Shown in pieces: positions 50,120-63,554 of a stretch of DNA of 64,000 nucleotides. The translations under genes were made by a program, and so were the position numbers. How positions within the stretch are numbered: the stretch's first letter is position 1; every line of letters begins with the position of its first letter. The notes beneath the pieces are model-generated. The model ran no database searches. It was given only the letters and a program-made list of their open reading frames with translations, and was not told the origin of the DNA. The stretch is from Felis catus (Eukaryota), in assembly GCF_018350175.1 (NCBI RefSeq), contig NC_058368.1:112470001-112534000 (forward strand). Direction: 5' to 3'.

Positions 50120-50970
50120 AGTGGCCGTTGTGGTGGTGGGAGCTGACCGACTCCCACTCGGGGGCTGGCCATTGCCGCGAGAGCCTCCGGCGGATCGGAA
50201 GCTGGACTTGGCCGCGCGGAGCCAGGCGCGGAGGCTTCCTTCCCTCGGGCACCGCAGCGGTCATTCGACCCCTGACGCGCATGCGCAGACCCCAGCGGCG
50301 TCCTCCCCGGCTCCTTCCCTCCCTCATCCGGGTCCTGGGCGAGCGGGCGCCGTGCGCGTGTCTCGCGGCCGAGCTGCTAATAAAGTTGCACTGAGGCAAA
50401 GCGCAGCGACGGCGCCGGGGGAGTGCGTCCAGCCGGCGGGTGAGTGAGTGTGGGGCCCAGGGCGGGCGAGCGGGCGAGCCGGGCCGGGGGCTGCAGCTTC
50501 TTCCGCGACGCAGCTCGCCCTCAGGCCCGAGTGGCTGGACTCCGGCCGAGGTGGGGGCGCTGGGCCGCGGGCGGAACGGAAACCGCCCGGGCCTGCGGGG
50601 CGGGAGAGGTAGGCCGACTCCCGGCCTGCAGAGGTTCGGGCGGCCGGGGATGGGGCGGCCCGTCCCGCTGCGGAGGCCGTGCAGCGGCCGGGGGCGTCCC
50701 GTGGCTGGCCTTGTTCCTGCGCCGCCGTAGCCGCCCGGACTGTGGAGGGAGGCGCTCGGGACGCCCTCGAGGCGGAGGAGGAGCGGTGGGGGCGGGGGGG
50801 GGGGGGAATCCCGGCGCTGCTTGTGTCCAGAGGAGCGGTTTGTTCTACCTCATCTAAGCACCACCCTCAGTCACACCCCTGGTAGGATCGCCGTGCTCGG
50901 TCGAGCCGTCCGGTCTGCTTGCTACACTGCAAAGCTGTCCAATGGCTTGGTGAATCCGTGCCGCCGTCGC
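50120..50970. promoter_or_regulatory. SMAD5: CpG island / SMAD5 promoter
   Basis: Very GC- and CpG-dense, TATA-less; perfect NRF1 palindrome GCGCATGCGC at 50277-50286; ETS-like CGGAAG near 50196. Confidence 0.93.
50326..50443 (+). other. SMAD5: SMAD5 non-coding exon 1 (5' UTR); TSS approximate, donor after 50439 or 50443
   Basis: ATCCGGGTCCTGGGCGAGCGGGCGCCGTGCGCGTGTC..GCGGCCGAGCTGCTAATAAAGTTGCA matches the start of human SMAD5 mRNA as I recall it; followed by GTGAGT donor(s); synteny with VTRNA2-1 supports the call independently. Confidence 0.88.
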
Positions 50971-53388
50971 TTTGTGTTTCAAAGATAAGGATCCACGCTT
51001 ATCGGTGGGAATTACACTCTGGGCACTTGCGACCTGCTACTGCACTCAGCTGGTAGTTAGACCTGGTTTCTGCCCGTTGCCGTGCCAGTTTTCACCATTG
51101 CAAAGATTCCTTCCCCTTCGTGTTAACTTCTGCACTGCTGCAAGGAGAACGCCAAGCCGTGCCTCTTTGCACATTCAGCCTCTGCCCGGTCTTTCACTTT
51201 AATATCAGTACTCAAATTCATATTCCGGGCTCTCCCCCTCCCCCGCCCGTTTTCCTCTCTTCCCCTTTCAGCTGCTCTTATTACGTGGAGTTTGGAGCCT
51301 AAGCTTTGAAAACTCCCATGTGGCGCCTGTCTTAAGTTGGAGCATGCTCAGTAGCCAAAACAGATTTTGGTTGCAAAAAAGAACTGGGGCGAGGATAGTC
51401 CGGGTATTTGGACGTTTGCCCGATTCCTAACAAAATGTTCCAATTCTGGTTTTGACGGCATTGGAGAATGGAGCTGTAGGCCAGCCTGGAGGTGAGGAAT
51501 GCCTGAACACCCTGGGCCAGATCGCTATCTTGATTGCAGAGACATTGTTTCCTGACCAGCTGGAGGTCTAAGAGTTGTTGGGGTGGTGGGGGGGCGAGGG
51601 GGGGGGGACATTCCTGGCTGCTTGTGCGTTTAAATGGGTGTGGTGCTAAGTATATCTTGTTTACCTTATCTTTCTGTGGAAAAAGTTTTGAAGTCTGGTT
51701 GGGTTTGTCACATCATGCCTGTTGCCTAGCACTGCCTAAAGTGCTCTTATCTAGCAACAGGCTGGGTAGGTGGAGGTCGTGGCTTGGCCTCACAGAAGTT
51801 GAGAGTAAAGGATGCTTGGGTTGTTGTTTTAAAAATTATTTAAGTTCTTTTTAAACAGAGCGCTTGAATTTCCTTAAGAGGACCCGAATTGCCCGGAGCG
51901 AGTTAGTTTTCAATTTTAATTGAAAGGAGTTCTAAGATTTCTGCAAGGTGTCAATGTGGAAGTGGCCGTTGTAGGCAAAACAGTTCTTAGACACAGTGTG
52001 ACAGTTTGGTATTGATCAGGATACTGTTGTGAAATTAGTGTGTTCCAGAGTCAGTAAGTAAGGGATTATTTTACAGATTTGTACAACTTTCTTTTTTTTC
52101 TTTTACTCCTTCTTTGGTAACTATTTTTTCCCTCTGTGGGGAACCCCAAGATGACAAGAATGCACACGTCATAAGAGACAATTTACCAAAATATAACCTT
52201 CACAAAAGTGGTGCATAATACGTTTTAGAGTTTTAAATTTTAATTTTTGTTTTGTTTGTTTGTAGATCTATATTCCCTCTCTATTGCAGATCCCTTGGTC
52301 AGTGTGCCTTTCTTTTTCACCTGGGTGTTTTTATCGCATGAATGTTACCCTGTATCTTTGTTACAAAATTTCATTCATTATTTATCCTTCCATTCCTTTC
52401 AGGTTTGAAATAGCTGAGATCGGCAGCAAAAGTTAGGTGAACATTCTCAACTGACTTTCCTCTTAGATTTTAAATGCATCCATATGATACGGTGTGGTAA
52501 AAAGGAAAGTCAGCAGTGGACTGAAAAAAGAATAAAATATTTTTGTAGAATACGTGCAGATTTGCTGGTATTATCTACTCGTCTGGTTCACCTCGGTAGG
52601 CGCCACAGAAATGGGTAGATTGATATGTGCTGCATTTCTTTCCCCTCTGGCAAAGTCAGCTATTAATTTCAGTGGGAGACAGTGGCAGAATGTTGTTACT
52701 AATGAGGTTTGAATCAGATGTTGTTTACTGTTAGTTATGTAACATGTTGCTGGAAGTATTATTAAAAGTTGCCTTCTGTAGCAAGGTAGAGGCAAGTAAA
52801 TTCTGCTTACTCTTCACTGAGTTTTAATTCTTGGCTGAACCTGAAGGCACATTACACTATAACCATAATTATACCTGGGCAGCCTGTCTGTTTCCTGTTT
52901 TCATCATGAACCCAAACATTATGATTTGCAGTGATGATCTTTTTTGTCCTTTGCGTTAAACAGAGGCAATATGTTTTCTCTGTCTACTGAAAACAGATTT
53001 GTAACTTGGTCAAATCAAAGATACTGGATTCTCTGTTTTTGAAGACCAAACAGTAAAATACCAGTTTTTCACTTATTAGTAATGTAAATTGAAATACTAA
53101 TGCTATCTTAAAAAATCTATTTTACACATATTGTTTGATAGTGCTTTATGTAAATTTTAATGTTACCAGTAGTTTGTAGAGTGTGTGAATTAAGAAAGCC
53201 CTTTTTGTTTATGACTTATCAGTGTTTATTATTACCAGATGTATATGTTGGTTTAGGCAGTGAGCCACACATTTGGATAAATTTCAGAGTCTGCTTGAGT
53301 GTACTTTAGGATATAGCTGCCTTTATTCCTTTGGTTTATCATTTTTGCCTGTTCTCTTTACTTCTGGAGGATCTGTGTTCATTTCTCT

Positions 53389-53619
53389 TTTTTTAAATTT
53401 TTCTTTCTTTCTTTTTTTTTTTTTTTTTAATGTTTATTTAGAGAGAGAAGAGAGTGAGTTGGGGAGGGGCAGAGAGAGAGGGAGACACAGAATCCGAAGT
53501 GGACTCCAGGCTCTGAGCTGTCAGCACAGAGCCCGACGTGGGGCTCAGACCCACAAAGTACGAGATCATAACCTGAGCCCAAGTCGGATGCCTAAGTTAC
53601 TGAGCCACCCAGGCGCCCC
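53389..53619 (-). mobile_element. Can-SINE in SMAD5 intron 1
   Basis: Head GGGGCGCCTGGGTGGCTCAGT on minus strand, long T tract at left end. Confidence 0.95.
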
Positions 53620-55703
53620 ACGTGTCTCTCTCTTTGTGTGTGTATGTTCCATACTAATCACAAAGAGGAAGCCAAAATAATTTATTTTTTCACGTTACCA
53701 GTGCCTTATATCTGATGGGTGTGCCGCTTGACTCAAGGTCAAAGACATTGAAGATTTCCTTTTATAAAGGACAGTTGCAGCCTGAGAGATGATTTGTAAC
53801 TCCATCAGTCTGATTATTCTGGAGAGAAGAGTTATCTGGAAGGCTACGACCCAGGAAGGCTGCAGGGAGATAGGGTGCTTTCCCACCAAAGAAGATGGTG
53901 CACGACCCCAGGAAGCCTATCCATGTCTTTTCACACCTTGTTTTTCCACTTCCAAACCTAATAGAATAACAGTAATTGAAATTTTTAGTGTTAGATTATC
54001 TAGTTTATTGTCGTTATCTAGAACTCTGAATCCGAGAAGTATGTGTACTAGTTGGAAGGTTAAGATACACAGTTCGTTTTGAAGAATTGATTGTTGTCAG
54101 GACCAGCTAATTTCCCATTTTCGTACATCACGTTTACATTCTAATATTTTTATTGTTTGAAAGAGGGGGTAATTACAGAGTTAGTAGGTTTTTCATAAAT
54201 AATCACCTAGTTTCCAGCTCTTCAATGTTTTTTGTTTGTTTGTGTTTGTCTTGGGCAGCTAGCTGGAGACATTTTTGGCCCCATTTTAGGAGGGAGGTGG
54301 TTTCAGTGACTTTTCTTCCTGCTTTTACTGTGATATTCCTGACTTGGTTGTGACAGTATTTTAGAAGAAAGAATTATCAGACAGTTCTGTATGGGCAAGA
54401 GAAAAATTGAAATTCACTTTTGGAAGCTAGTTGTTAAAGTACATTTTGTGAACAGGTTTTGCTTTTGAATTCTCTGGTGTACTAGTCTCTGTAATGTTCA
54501 TCCAATTTACAGAGGAGTATACTCTGAAAATCTGACAATGGTTTGATCTGTTGTCTGATTTGAACTGGATTTCCCCTTTTGATTTCTGTATATATGTGTT
54601 ACTTTGTTACTGCTGAAAATAACAGTAAGAAAAGAAGCTAGTGTCACCATGGCACTTTTCTCTGAGCTTAGCACCTGGAGTCCTGAGAAGTGCCTTACAC
54701 TTTGCCCATTTAACTATGATCTCAGAATATGGCTGGTGCTTTCAAGGCAAGTTTTGTTTTGTTCAGTTTTGTTTTCATGATGTGTCAGGATCTGCCTTGC
54801 ATCCTATCTGGTGGGCTGTATAACTTGAGATCTAGTTATTCTGGTTTCTGTGTTCCCAGGAAAAGGGGGTACTGTGGAAATATTTAAAAGCTAGTCTTTT
54901 GTTTTTTTCCCCCTTATTCACCTCTTTCTGCCCACTTAAGTGAGTACCTACTTAACTCACTGACCATTTCCATTTCCACTCTTTGGAGCTGAGTGTACAT
55001 TAAATGAATGATGACAACAGCTGAAAAGGTATCCAGAGCCATATTTGCTCCCTTTTCTTCTGAGTAGGTGACTTGAACTCTGGGGTGCACATGAGGTATG
55101 TGGAGACCGTCTTCCTAAAGCGTTGTGTACTCAGGTTAGTGCTTGGTGCTCCAGAGACACATTTGGTAATGTAATGATTTGGTATCCCTTGACAATTTTA
55201 TAATTTAAAGGAAAGCACCATAATGATTGACCAGCTCTGTGTCTATTCCTGTGCCTACAGGCCTGTACAAGTATACTCAAACACATCTGGTAGTAATAGA
55301 GGAAATCTTGCAGGCTCTGTGGGGGTGAGTATACATCTAGATCAGGCTCTGCTTAATTAGAGGACTTAGAGGAGCAGGTGAAGTTTAAAGAGTGATTAAA
55401 AACTGGGAAACAGAAGTCTGGATGTGGGAGATAAAAACGTAGAGACTTGTGTGGGCACAAAGAGAGACTATGCAAGATAATCTGTGAGAAGTGTCAGGGA
55501 ACATGAGTTCAGCTCCTGACTGGCTTTGAAATCTACTGTGAGAATTTTTGGTATCTTTGGAAATTGAGAGCCACGATTTGGAAAAGTAGTGATTTAAATG
55601 TTTCTCTAGGAAAGTTATTTTGGTGCCCATGTTGTATCCCCTCTTCCTCATAGATGTTCCCATAAAGAATAGTAGGATTTCTGAATCAAGAAAGTTTGTG
55701 GGA

Positions 55704-55940
55704 GGGGTGCCTGGGTGGCTCAGTCGTTTAAGCGTCCAACTTCGGCTTGGGTCATGATCTCACGGTCCGTGAGTTTGAGCCCCACGTCGGTCTCTGTGCT
55801 GACAGCTCGGAGCCTGGAGTTTGCTTCGGATTCTGTCTCCCTCTCTGTCTGCTCCTCCCCCGCTCATGCTCTGTCTCCCTCTCTCTCTCTCTCTCAAAAA
55901 TAAATAAACACTAAAAAAAATTTGAAAAAAGAAAGAAAGC
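55704..55940 (+). mobile_element. Can-SINE in SMAD5 intron 1
   Basis: Full-length; near-TSD AAGAAAGTTTGTGGG / AAGCAAGCTTGTGGG. Confidence 0.95.
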
Positions 55941-56552
55941 AAGCAAGCTTGTGGGCAAACTTGGTCCTGGTTTGTTTCTCTTCTCTGCCTGCAGCCAGGG
56001 ATGTGGCTTACGTGTTTTAGTAATTGTATGTCTGGATCTAGGATTGGTTTGACACTGGTGGTGCTACATGGTGACTACTATTGATGTTAGAGCCATAAGG
56101 GTAAGATATTTTTAGAGCTTTACCCCCACCAGCCACAAAAACAGTTACCTTTGCAAGTGACTTCTTTACATGTTTCTAAGGACCTTGTTTCTCAGACCTG
56201 CTGTAAACCCTAAGACTCTTGTTTTCATGGTGGGAGGTAGGGTTCTAATCTCAAACCTCACGAATCTGAATTTTGTGGGATGGTTATGAGAAATGCGTTT
56301 CCTTAGGACCCCCATCTGTAATTCTTTTGTACAGGCGTGGCTGAGATCATGGTGGGTTGTGACCCAACCGTATGGGCATTTATTTGCATGGGTTGATGTG
56401 CTCAGGAGATTTTGTTTTGACTAACAGTGTTGGATGAAATTTTTGGATTGGTCGCTTGCCTTTTACTTTGGATTGAAGCAGTTGGAGAGGTGTTGGAGCA
56501 GAAAGTGAAGGAGCTGTTTCTGTGAATTGTTTTGTCAAGTCTGGGCACGAAC

Positions 56553-56553
56553 C

Positions 56554-56591
<38 letters not shown>
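56553..56591. repeat. (GT)n microsatellite
   Basis: Directly visible. Confidence 0.95.
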
Positions 56592-56592
<1 letters not shown>

Positions 56593-56779
56593 TCTAAGGA
56601 TGAGTTTGGAGGGTGGTTTGTGTATATCTTCTGGGAGTTGGTCAGGAGGTCCTACCTAGGTATCTTGAGGTAAGAACAGGATCTTTGGGTTTTCATATTA
56701 ATATGATTTCATTTGAAATGGAAGCCTGGTGAAGCTTAATAACATTTTATTTATACATTTAATGTATGTAAAATGTAAC

Positions 56780-57685
56780 TCCTGATCTTCCTTTAGCTTT
56801 GTTATCACTTTTCCCCCAAATCAGTTGATGACAAATCCTGTTCTTCCAGTTGTCAGGGCTGACACCTTGGAATCATTGTTGACGCCTGCGTTCTCACATT
56901 CTCACATTCCCCGTATCTCTTCTATCAGGAAACTCACTATTCCCTAAAATGCATGTGAAGTTGTCTACTCCCCACTGAACTGCCATCACTCGGATCTAGG
57001 CCATTATCATCTCTCACCTAGCTTACTGCAACTCTGAACTGGTCTCCCACTTTTACCCTTGCTGTTTATTCTCAACACATCAGCCAGAGTAGTTAGTTCT
57101 TTAATGTTTGTCAGAAAATGTCCTGTCTCCACTCAGAGCTCTCAAATGGGTCCTCATTTGAGTTACAGTAAAAGCCATTGCCCTTATATGCAGGATGTCC
57201 AATCTGGGTCTCTCACCTACTGAACCCCATTCATTATTTTCCCTTCCTCGTTCACTTTATTCTCATGCTACCTTGGTCTTGGCAGTTCTCAGAATGTGCC
57301 GGACGTGCTCCCACCTTGAGATCTTTGCATTGCCTGTTGCATTTGCCTGCCATGATTTCCCCCAGATGTCTGCCTGTCTTGCTCCTGTTTCCTTCATGTT
57401 TTGATTCCCTTGGTGTCTGCTTAAGTGAGGCCCACCTCAGCTGCCCTATTTAAAATCACACCTCTCCCACCACACTTCCCATTCACCTTCCTCTGCTCTA
57501 TTTTTCTCCCTAGCACTTTTCCCCGAACAAACTACAGTATTGCTTATTTATTGCCTTTTCTGTCTACCTCCTCTGGAGTGTAATCTACCGAGGACAAGCG
57601 TTTTGGGTCTCTTTATTCATGTGTATATTCCCAGCTCCTGGAATGCTACCTCAGAAAAGATCCTTCTGAATGAATTACTTGAATA
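56780..57685 (+). mobile_element. L2 3' fragment
   Basis: TTCCAGTTGTCAGGGCTGACACCTTGGAATCATTGTTGAC...TTGCATTGCCTGTT...TGAATGAAT follows the L2 3' region. Confidence 0.75.
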
Positions 57686-58642
57686 AATTTCAAAGGTCCT
57701 CTGAATATGCTTAGTAGTGTTTCTTAAAGATTATTCTCTGGTGAGAGAGATAAAAATCATGTAAGTCAGCAAACACTTACAAATTGATTTATACACTGAA
57801 GGAAATGAACATGGTATTAGATGAGGGATTGGGGAACACCTACTTTATATAGGATTATGAGGTGATCAGGGAAGGTCTCTGGGATGACACTGAAGCTGAA
57901 GTCTGAATGCCAAGAGAGCTTGGAAATTAGTGGTTGGGGCTTGACGAGAGTGGTTTGGGCAGAGAATGGCCTTTGTAAAATCTCGGAGGTACAAAAGACA
58001 TTCCAGTATAGGAAGATAAATTCCTTTGAAAGATGAATTCTTACTAATATTTTTTGAGAGCAGAAAGTGTTTGCCCCTAGTTTCTCATTGGTTTTTCTTA
58101 AATTTCAGCTTCCAAATTTGAATAGTCCTAGATAGAGCTGTTGGAGATAATTTTTTTGAAATATGAATGTCTCTTGACATACAAGTCCTCTCTTTAGTAA
58201 GGATTTTAATATGGGTGAGGTATAGCTGCACTTTGGTTTTAAAATTTGTTTTTTCCCCTGAATATATTGGAAGTATGTTTGTTTTAAGAAGTAAAGAATT
58301 GTATGAAGCAGAAAGTGAGAAGTACCCTACCCCTTCAGCTAAGGCCCTTTCAAAAGCTTTTTGTGCTCATTCTCTTTCATTTATTAAACAAATATTTCTT
58401 GAGCATGTGTATCACCGGGCTTACAGTGATGAGTGAAAATAGGTATGGTTCCTCTAATATACATTCATGCAGAATTTGTACTCTTACGGAGTTGGACAGA
58501 TAAATGTAAAAATATAGTGTGTTAAGTGCTACAAAGTAGAGTTATGTGATGCAGTAAGAGTGTTTAAGAGGGGGGTTTTGTCTGTGCATCACCATCTGGG
58601 AAGGCTTCCTGAAGAAGGGATGCTTGAGCTGAAATAGAATTA

Positions 58643-58643
<1 letters not shown>

Positions 58644-58688
<45 letters not shown>
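58644..58688. repeat. (TG)n microsatellite
   Basis: Directly visible, about 22 units. Confidence 0.97.
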
Positions 58689-58691
<3 letters not shown>

Positions 58692-61266
58692 GTAATATGC
58701 TAGATTCTTCTGTAATGCATGATATTTCTTACTTTTATAATGTGTATAATGTTCTCAATATATCTCTGAGGTACCACTGCTTTTTCTTTGTATATCCAAG
58801 GTACTCTGCATTATTAATTGAAAGTTTGCAGAAGAATTTCAGGGAACTTAACACACAAGGATTTCTCAATCTTACTGTTACCTGTTCGTTTTTGTTTTTG
58901 TTTTTTAGCTCTGGGGAGCAGTCATTTCTCTAAGAAATAAAAAAAAAAACCCACTGTAATGAAAAAGTCATCCAGTCAGGTCTTATAAACAGAGGTAGAC
59001 TATAAACTTCCAAGGTATGGCAGGTAATAGGTCATAGTTATTTTCTCAAGTCCCACCAAGTTCTGGTATAAGAAGTAGCATACATTCCTGCCTGCTCAGT
59101 TACTGGCCTTCTCTGCTTGCTGTACATATTTTTAATTTTACTTTAATGGCTCATCTTTCTTGGTTATCATACAAAAGTAAATCTAGAAGAAAATGAAGCG
59201 GTGTACTAACCAGCATATGAAGCTGTTCACAACACCTTCTCTTCTTTCCATTACTTTTTAAGATCTTTGATACTACAGATAGTGTCTTTTCAGCCTGACT
59301 TTTTGGCTTATTAGATACTCAGCCGGTTTTGAGTAAAGGAAACCTGCCCTCTCAGAGTCAGCTCTCCCTTCTGTTGCTATGGTCCTCCAAATCTACACAT
59401 CCCTCTTCTCTTGAGCTTTAGTTTCACTATTGCCAGGACGTGCATCTGTGCTTACTTGCTCCCAGCCCTCCACAGCCTCCTCTTGGCTAGACCTAGAATT
59501 GTCCTTTTTAGGTAAGTGATGTCTTTATTTTTCAGCTTTTAAACCGTTACCTTTCTTGTTTGCCCTTGGTCTCTTCTGGGTAGTTACCAAATCCTGTTGA
59601 TGTTTTATTTGTAATGCCCATCACATCACTTCATTTTTGTCTCTACTGCCATCCCTGTCCTGGTCTGTGTACCACTGTGCTGGAGTGTCCTCCTGTCATA
59701 GTTGGATTTCTACCATATATTCCATCTACCCTCTGCCTCCTGAATTAAGTCTCCTACTTAGTCATGTGCTGTTGCCATTTGTGACTTCTTGAAATTCCTC
59801 TTTGGACGTGTCTTTCTGCTTAGAACTCTACACTGCACATAGGGTTCCTTCTAGCAGCAGGGCTGTAGCCCTGTATTCATTCTTTCCCTGTTTGGCATTC
59901 ATTCTGGGGCCTTTCCCTTTTGCTTCACAAACTAATTGTCCTCTTCCTGCCTCATTTGGCTTAATAATACTTGGTTTTTCTTATTCTTGTTCTTTATTAA
60001 CAACTGTATTGTGGTTTATAGATTGTCATCTTCCTCTTTTGAGCTTGTGATAAGCATTCCCAAAATATGTGCAGAAATGATGTGCTGTTATCCTCGCCTC
60101 ATCCTTAAGACTTTTATCCACTTCCCTGCAATGTATGTGGTGGGGGAAGGACCGAGAGCTAGGCAGAGCTAAGATGTTTTGTATACTGGCGAAGCCTTCC
60201 ACTTTTTGTCACTAGCCATTTGCAGCCTAGTTAATTTTTTCTTCATTCTTATTTACAAATATATCTTTTTACTTTCTTTCTCTCCTGTTTTCCAGTTATG
60301 TTGGAATAATTCCTCTTTCTTTCTGTTTTATTTATGATCCCCCTAAGATCTAAGTTTCACAGTGTTTGATCACCAGATTTAGTTACATTTACTCAAACTG
60401 CAATATTGATGGGAATTAACTGGCTCAACTTACACAGGTTGTCACAGGTATTTCCTAACAGGATCTTAGATTTGGGGACATTCTCTGGCTTTAAAGCTAG
60501 AAATAGAAAATCCCTGAAAGGAATATTTTGGGTACTGTTCAGTTTAATTTGTATTTTTTGGTTTGTTTTACTTGGTTAGCCCACTATGCATTACTGTCAT
60601 AAGACTTGACTTCTAAGGAAAAGGCTCATTTTGACACTTAAAATTGTAAATGTTTGGTATAGTACAACCTCAGAGCAAAAAAGAGAAAACAGAATTTGTC
60701 TTCTCTCCCTGATTAGGCTATTGAAATAAGGCTTTGATATTTATAAATAAAGGTTAAAATGTAAAAGATGTTAAACATTAAATGTTACAAATTTGAAATA
60801 GCTTCTTATGAATGTTTATTGCAAAAGAAAATAATTCCATGATTTCAGTTCCTTGAAGTCTCCTTGTTTTCCTAGGAATTAATTATATCACCTTTAAAAA
60901 ATAGTAGCAAATATGTATTATTCCCACTGGTGTACATTAGGATAGCTTTAATGTGATCACTGGCCCAGGATGAAGATGGCAGAGGCACAAATAGAATCTG
61001 CTTAGAAGCCAGGTTTTCGTGTAGAACACTGTCTCACATATCTGGGCTGTGAAATGCATTTTCCTTTTTACTTAGAGGAGAGCACAGAGGTAAGCAACGA
61101 GGAATGTGGGAGAGAGACGCTATGAGGAATGAATAAAGAGTAGGCAGGAAAGAAGAGTCAAAGGGATGAGAACAAAAGAAAGGAGAACAGCAGATGCTGG
61201 TGGAAAGTGATGGGGGGGTGGGTAGCAGGAGAAGGGACTTTGGGGGAGGAAAAAAGAAAAAGCTGC

Positions 61267-61712
61267 ATTATTTCCTTATTTCTTATAAGGTGTACTTAAC
61301 ATTTTTTTCACCTTGTAACATCTCTGAAATTGGGAGGTGTCTTATAATCAATGGCATTTGAGTATTGGTTTTAGCTAGGTGACATTTGTGTTGCAGTTGT
61401 CCTTGCAGGTGCATAAACTCTGCCTTTCTGTTTATGTTGCTGTCATTTCTTTCATTTACACCCTTTGGGAAGATCAGGCAAGTATCAGAACTTGCAGGAG
61501 GGATGTCCATAGCTTGAATGACAATACTGGGGTAATACGGGAACACTTTTCAGACCTGCAGTCTGAGGGCAGAGATTGATACTGTGAAGAAAAATTTTAA
61601 GTGATAAGAAAGCACTGTGTGATAGTTTAATTTGCAACCTGTTCTTCCTTCAAGGTTAATAAAATAATGGTACATCTTAAGTAGATGGCTTTGTATATTC
61701 ATTGAAATAAAG
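61267..61712. mobile_element. Tc2-family DNA transposon remnant (MER104/Kanga-like)
   Basis: TTTTTTCACCTTGTAACATCTCTGAAATTGGGAGGTGTCTTATAATCAATGGC resembles the MER104/Kanga end; degenerate inverted end near 61700. Confidence 0.5.
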
Positions 61713-63554
61713 TAGCTCAGCTATGTATTTGAAATCCTCAGCCTGATCTCAGAAATGTTCATGATAATTGCAACAGTGGTAACTGCAGTTCTCCTTTACT
61801 GAGAATGTGCCATGCCAGGCACTGAGTTAAGTGGGTATCTCATTTAATTCTCAGAACTGATATTTATTATACAAAATAGGAAAAAATAGAGGTTTAGGTG
61901 TAAATGTTAAATCCAGAATTTGAACCCAAGTTTATTAGACTTTTTAGATCTGGTGTTTTTACGTGTTACAATGCGTATATTGTTATCCGTGTGTGGATTA
62001 GCCTTATTTTATTGTATATTTCTAGCCAGTTCTTTAGTTCTACCACCTCAGTTCTAGCAGACTGAATCATTTTCTCATCCTGGTGGATGAAAACTCAGAT
62101 TTTGTGTCTTTACTCACAATTATTTTTATGCCTCTGATAAAGCTACTTGGTGGTTCTTGTCTCCCTTCCCCTGTCCCCAAAGGGCCATCTCCTTAATTTA
62201 TTGTAGCACCTTCTACACCCTTAGGGCATCTGCCATTCTCCATTGTGTATTGCAGAGAGGTATGGGCATATTTTCATAGCTTATCAATTTGTAATTCTTT
62301 AAAGTTTTAGTCTGGACTTGATTTATCTTTTTTAGCCTTTTAGTTTCTTGCTTAGTGGTTTGCCCTTTTTAGGTGCTCTCAGTGAATGTGTGTTGCATAA
62401 ATAAGACCGTGAGTCTGAGATCAAGATTAGCAATGGTTATGTCTGTTGGTGCCTCAGTAGACTCTGAAGGCATTGTGGAATGGGAGCACAGAGAACCAGA
62501 TTAATTGCCCAGCAATATGTAACCTCTGAAGACTGAAGTTATTCAGTATAGCTTTGGGGACTTTCCTGTATTACTAGGATAAGTTTAGAGATACTATAGG
62601 AAGGTATTATGGATGGTTATGCACAGAGCTGACTGAGCTGAAAATTGGTGTTCTCAGTGTTTGTGAATTCATTTTACTTAGTGAAAAGCAAAAGAGGTGT
62701 GAAAAATTGAACCAACTTTTCATGAATAGATTCAAAATTCTACATTTTGATTACTAGAAAACCTAGTCATACCCTGATTTTCAAAGGATTGAATGTTTAC
62801 TTGGGGTTCATATTACAGATGCTAATATATGCATACTAGAAAAAAGTATAATATCTTGTTTTTTTGTGTATGTAGTGAGAAATTCTTTTCATAACCAAGG
62901 ACTTAAGATAGTAAAATAAATCTATTGCTGTATCCAAAGCACTGTGATAGTTTTATTTGTGAGGATCAAGGTATTGTCTCGAATCTGATAGATTTTACAG
63001 AATAGTTTACAGGAGAAAATTTATCATACGGGTACAGTACAGCAATTTTGATCCCAGGAAAACAATTTTATTTAGAAACCTAAATGTTAAATATTAATGA
63101 AGTGAATGAGTGAGATTTAGGCTGTTAAAATTATGTGTTCTAGTGATTAGTGTGGCAAAAATGTCCTAATGAGATAAAAAGGCTTTGGAGTAAGGCTACC
63201 ATAATGAATATAAATTTTTAATTAAATTTTAATAAAATATAAATTTTATTTTTATAATTTTATTACAATAGTAATAAACACTAGTCTTTCATACATATTG
63301 ACTCATTTTGTTCAATTGAGAGAAGAATGGGTTGAAGTAGATAAAGAGGTTAATGAAGTATGTTAAGTGGTACAAAGAATCACTTTGAAAGTGAGCATAT
63401 TGAACAGGATCATCCTTGGTCTCTGAAACTATATAATGTTGTGATAACAACACTTTTGAGTATTTTGGAGAAGTCAGAGATAGGGAGAACAGTAGAGAAG
63501 GTCTTTAAGCAAAGAATATTCTTTGGTGGGAGACTTTTCTTTTTAGGGTACCGT

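Noticed and set aside
50052..50885. Gly/Arg/Pro-rich ORFs over the CpG island
   Set aside because: Artefact of high GC content; the SMAD5 coding start (MTSMASLFSF) is not in this window
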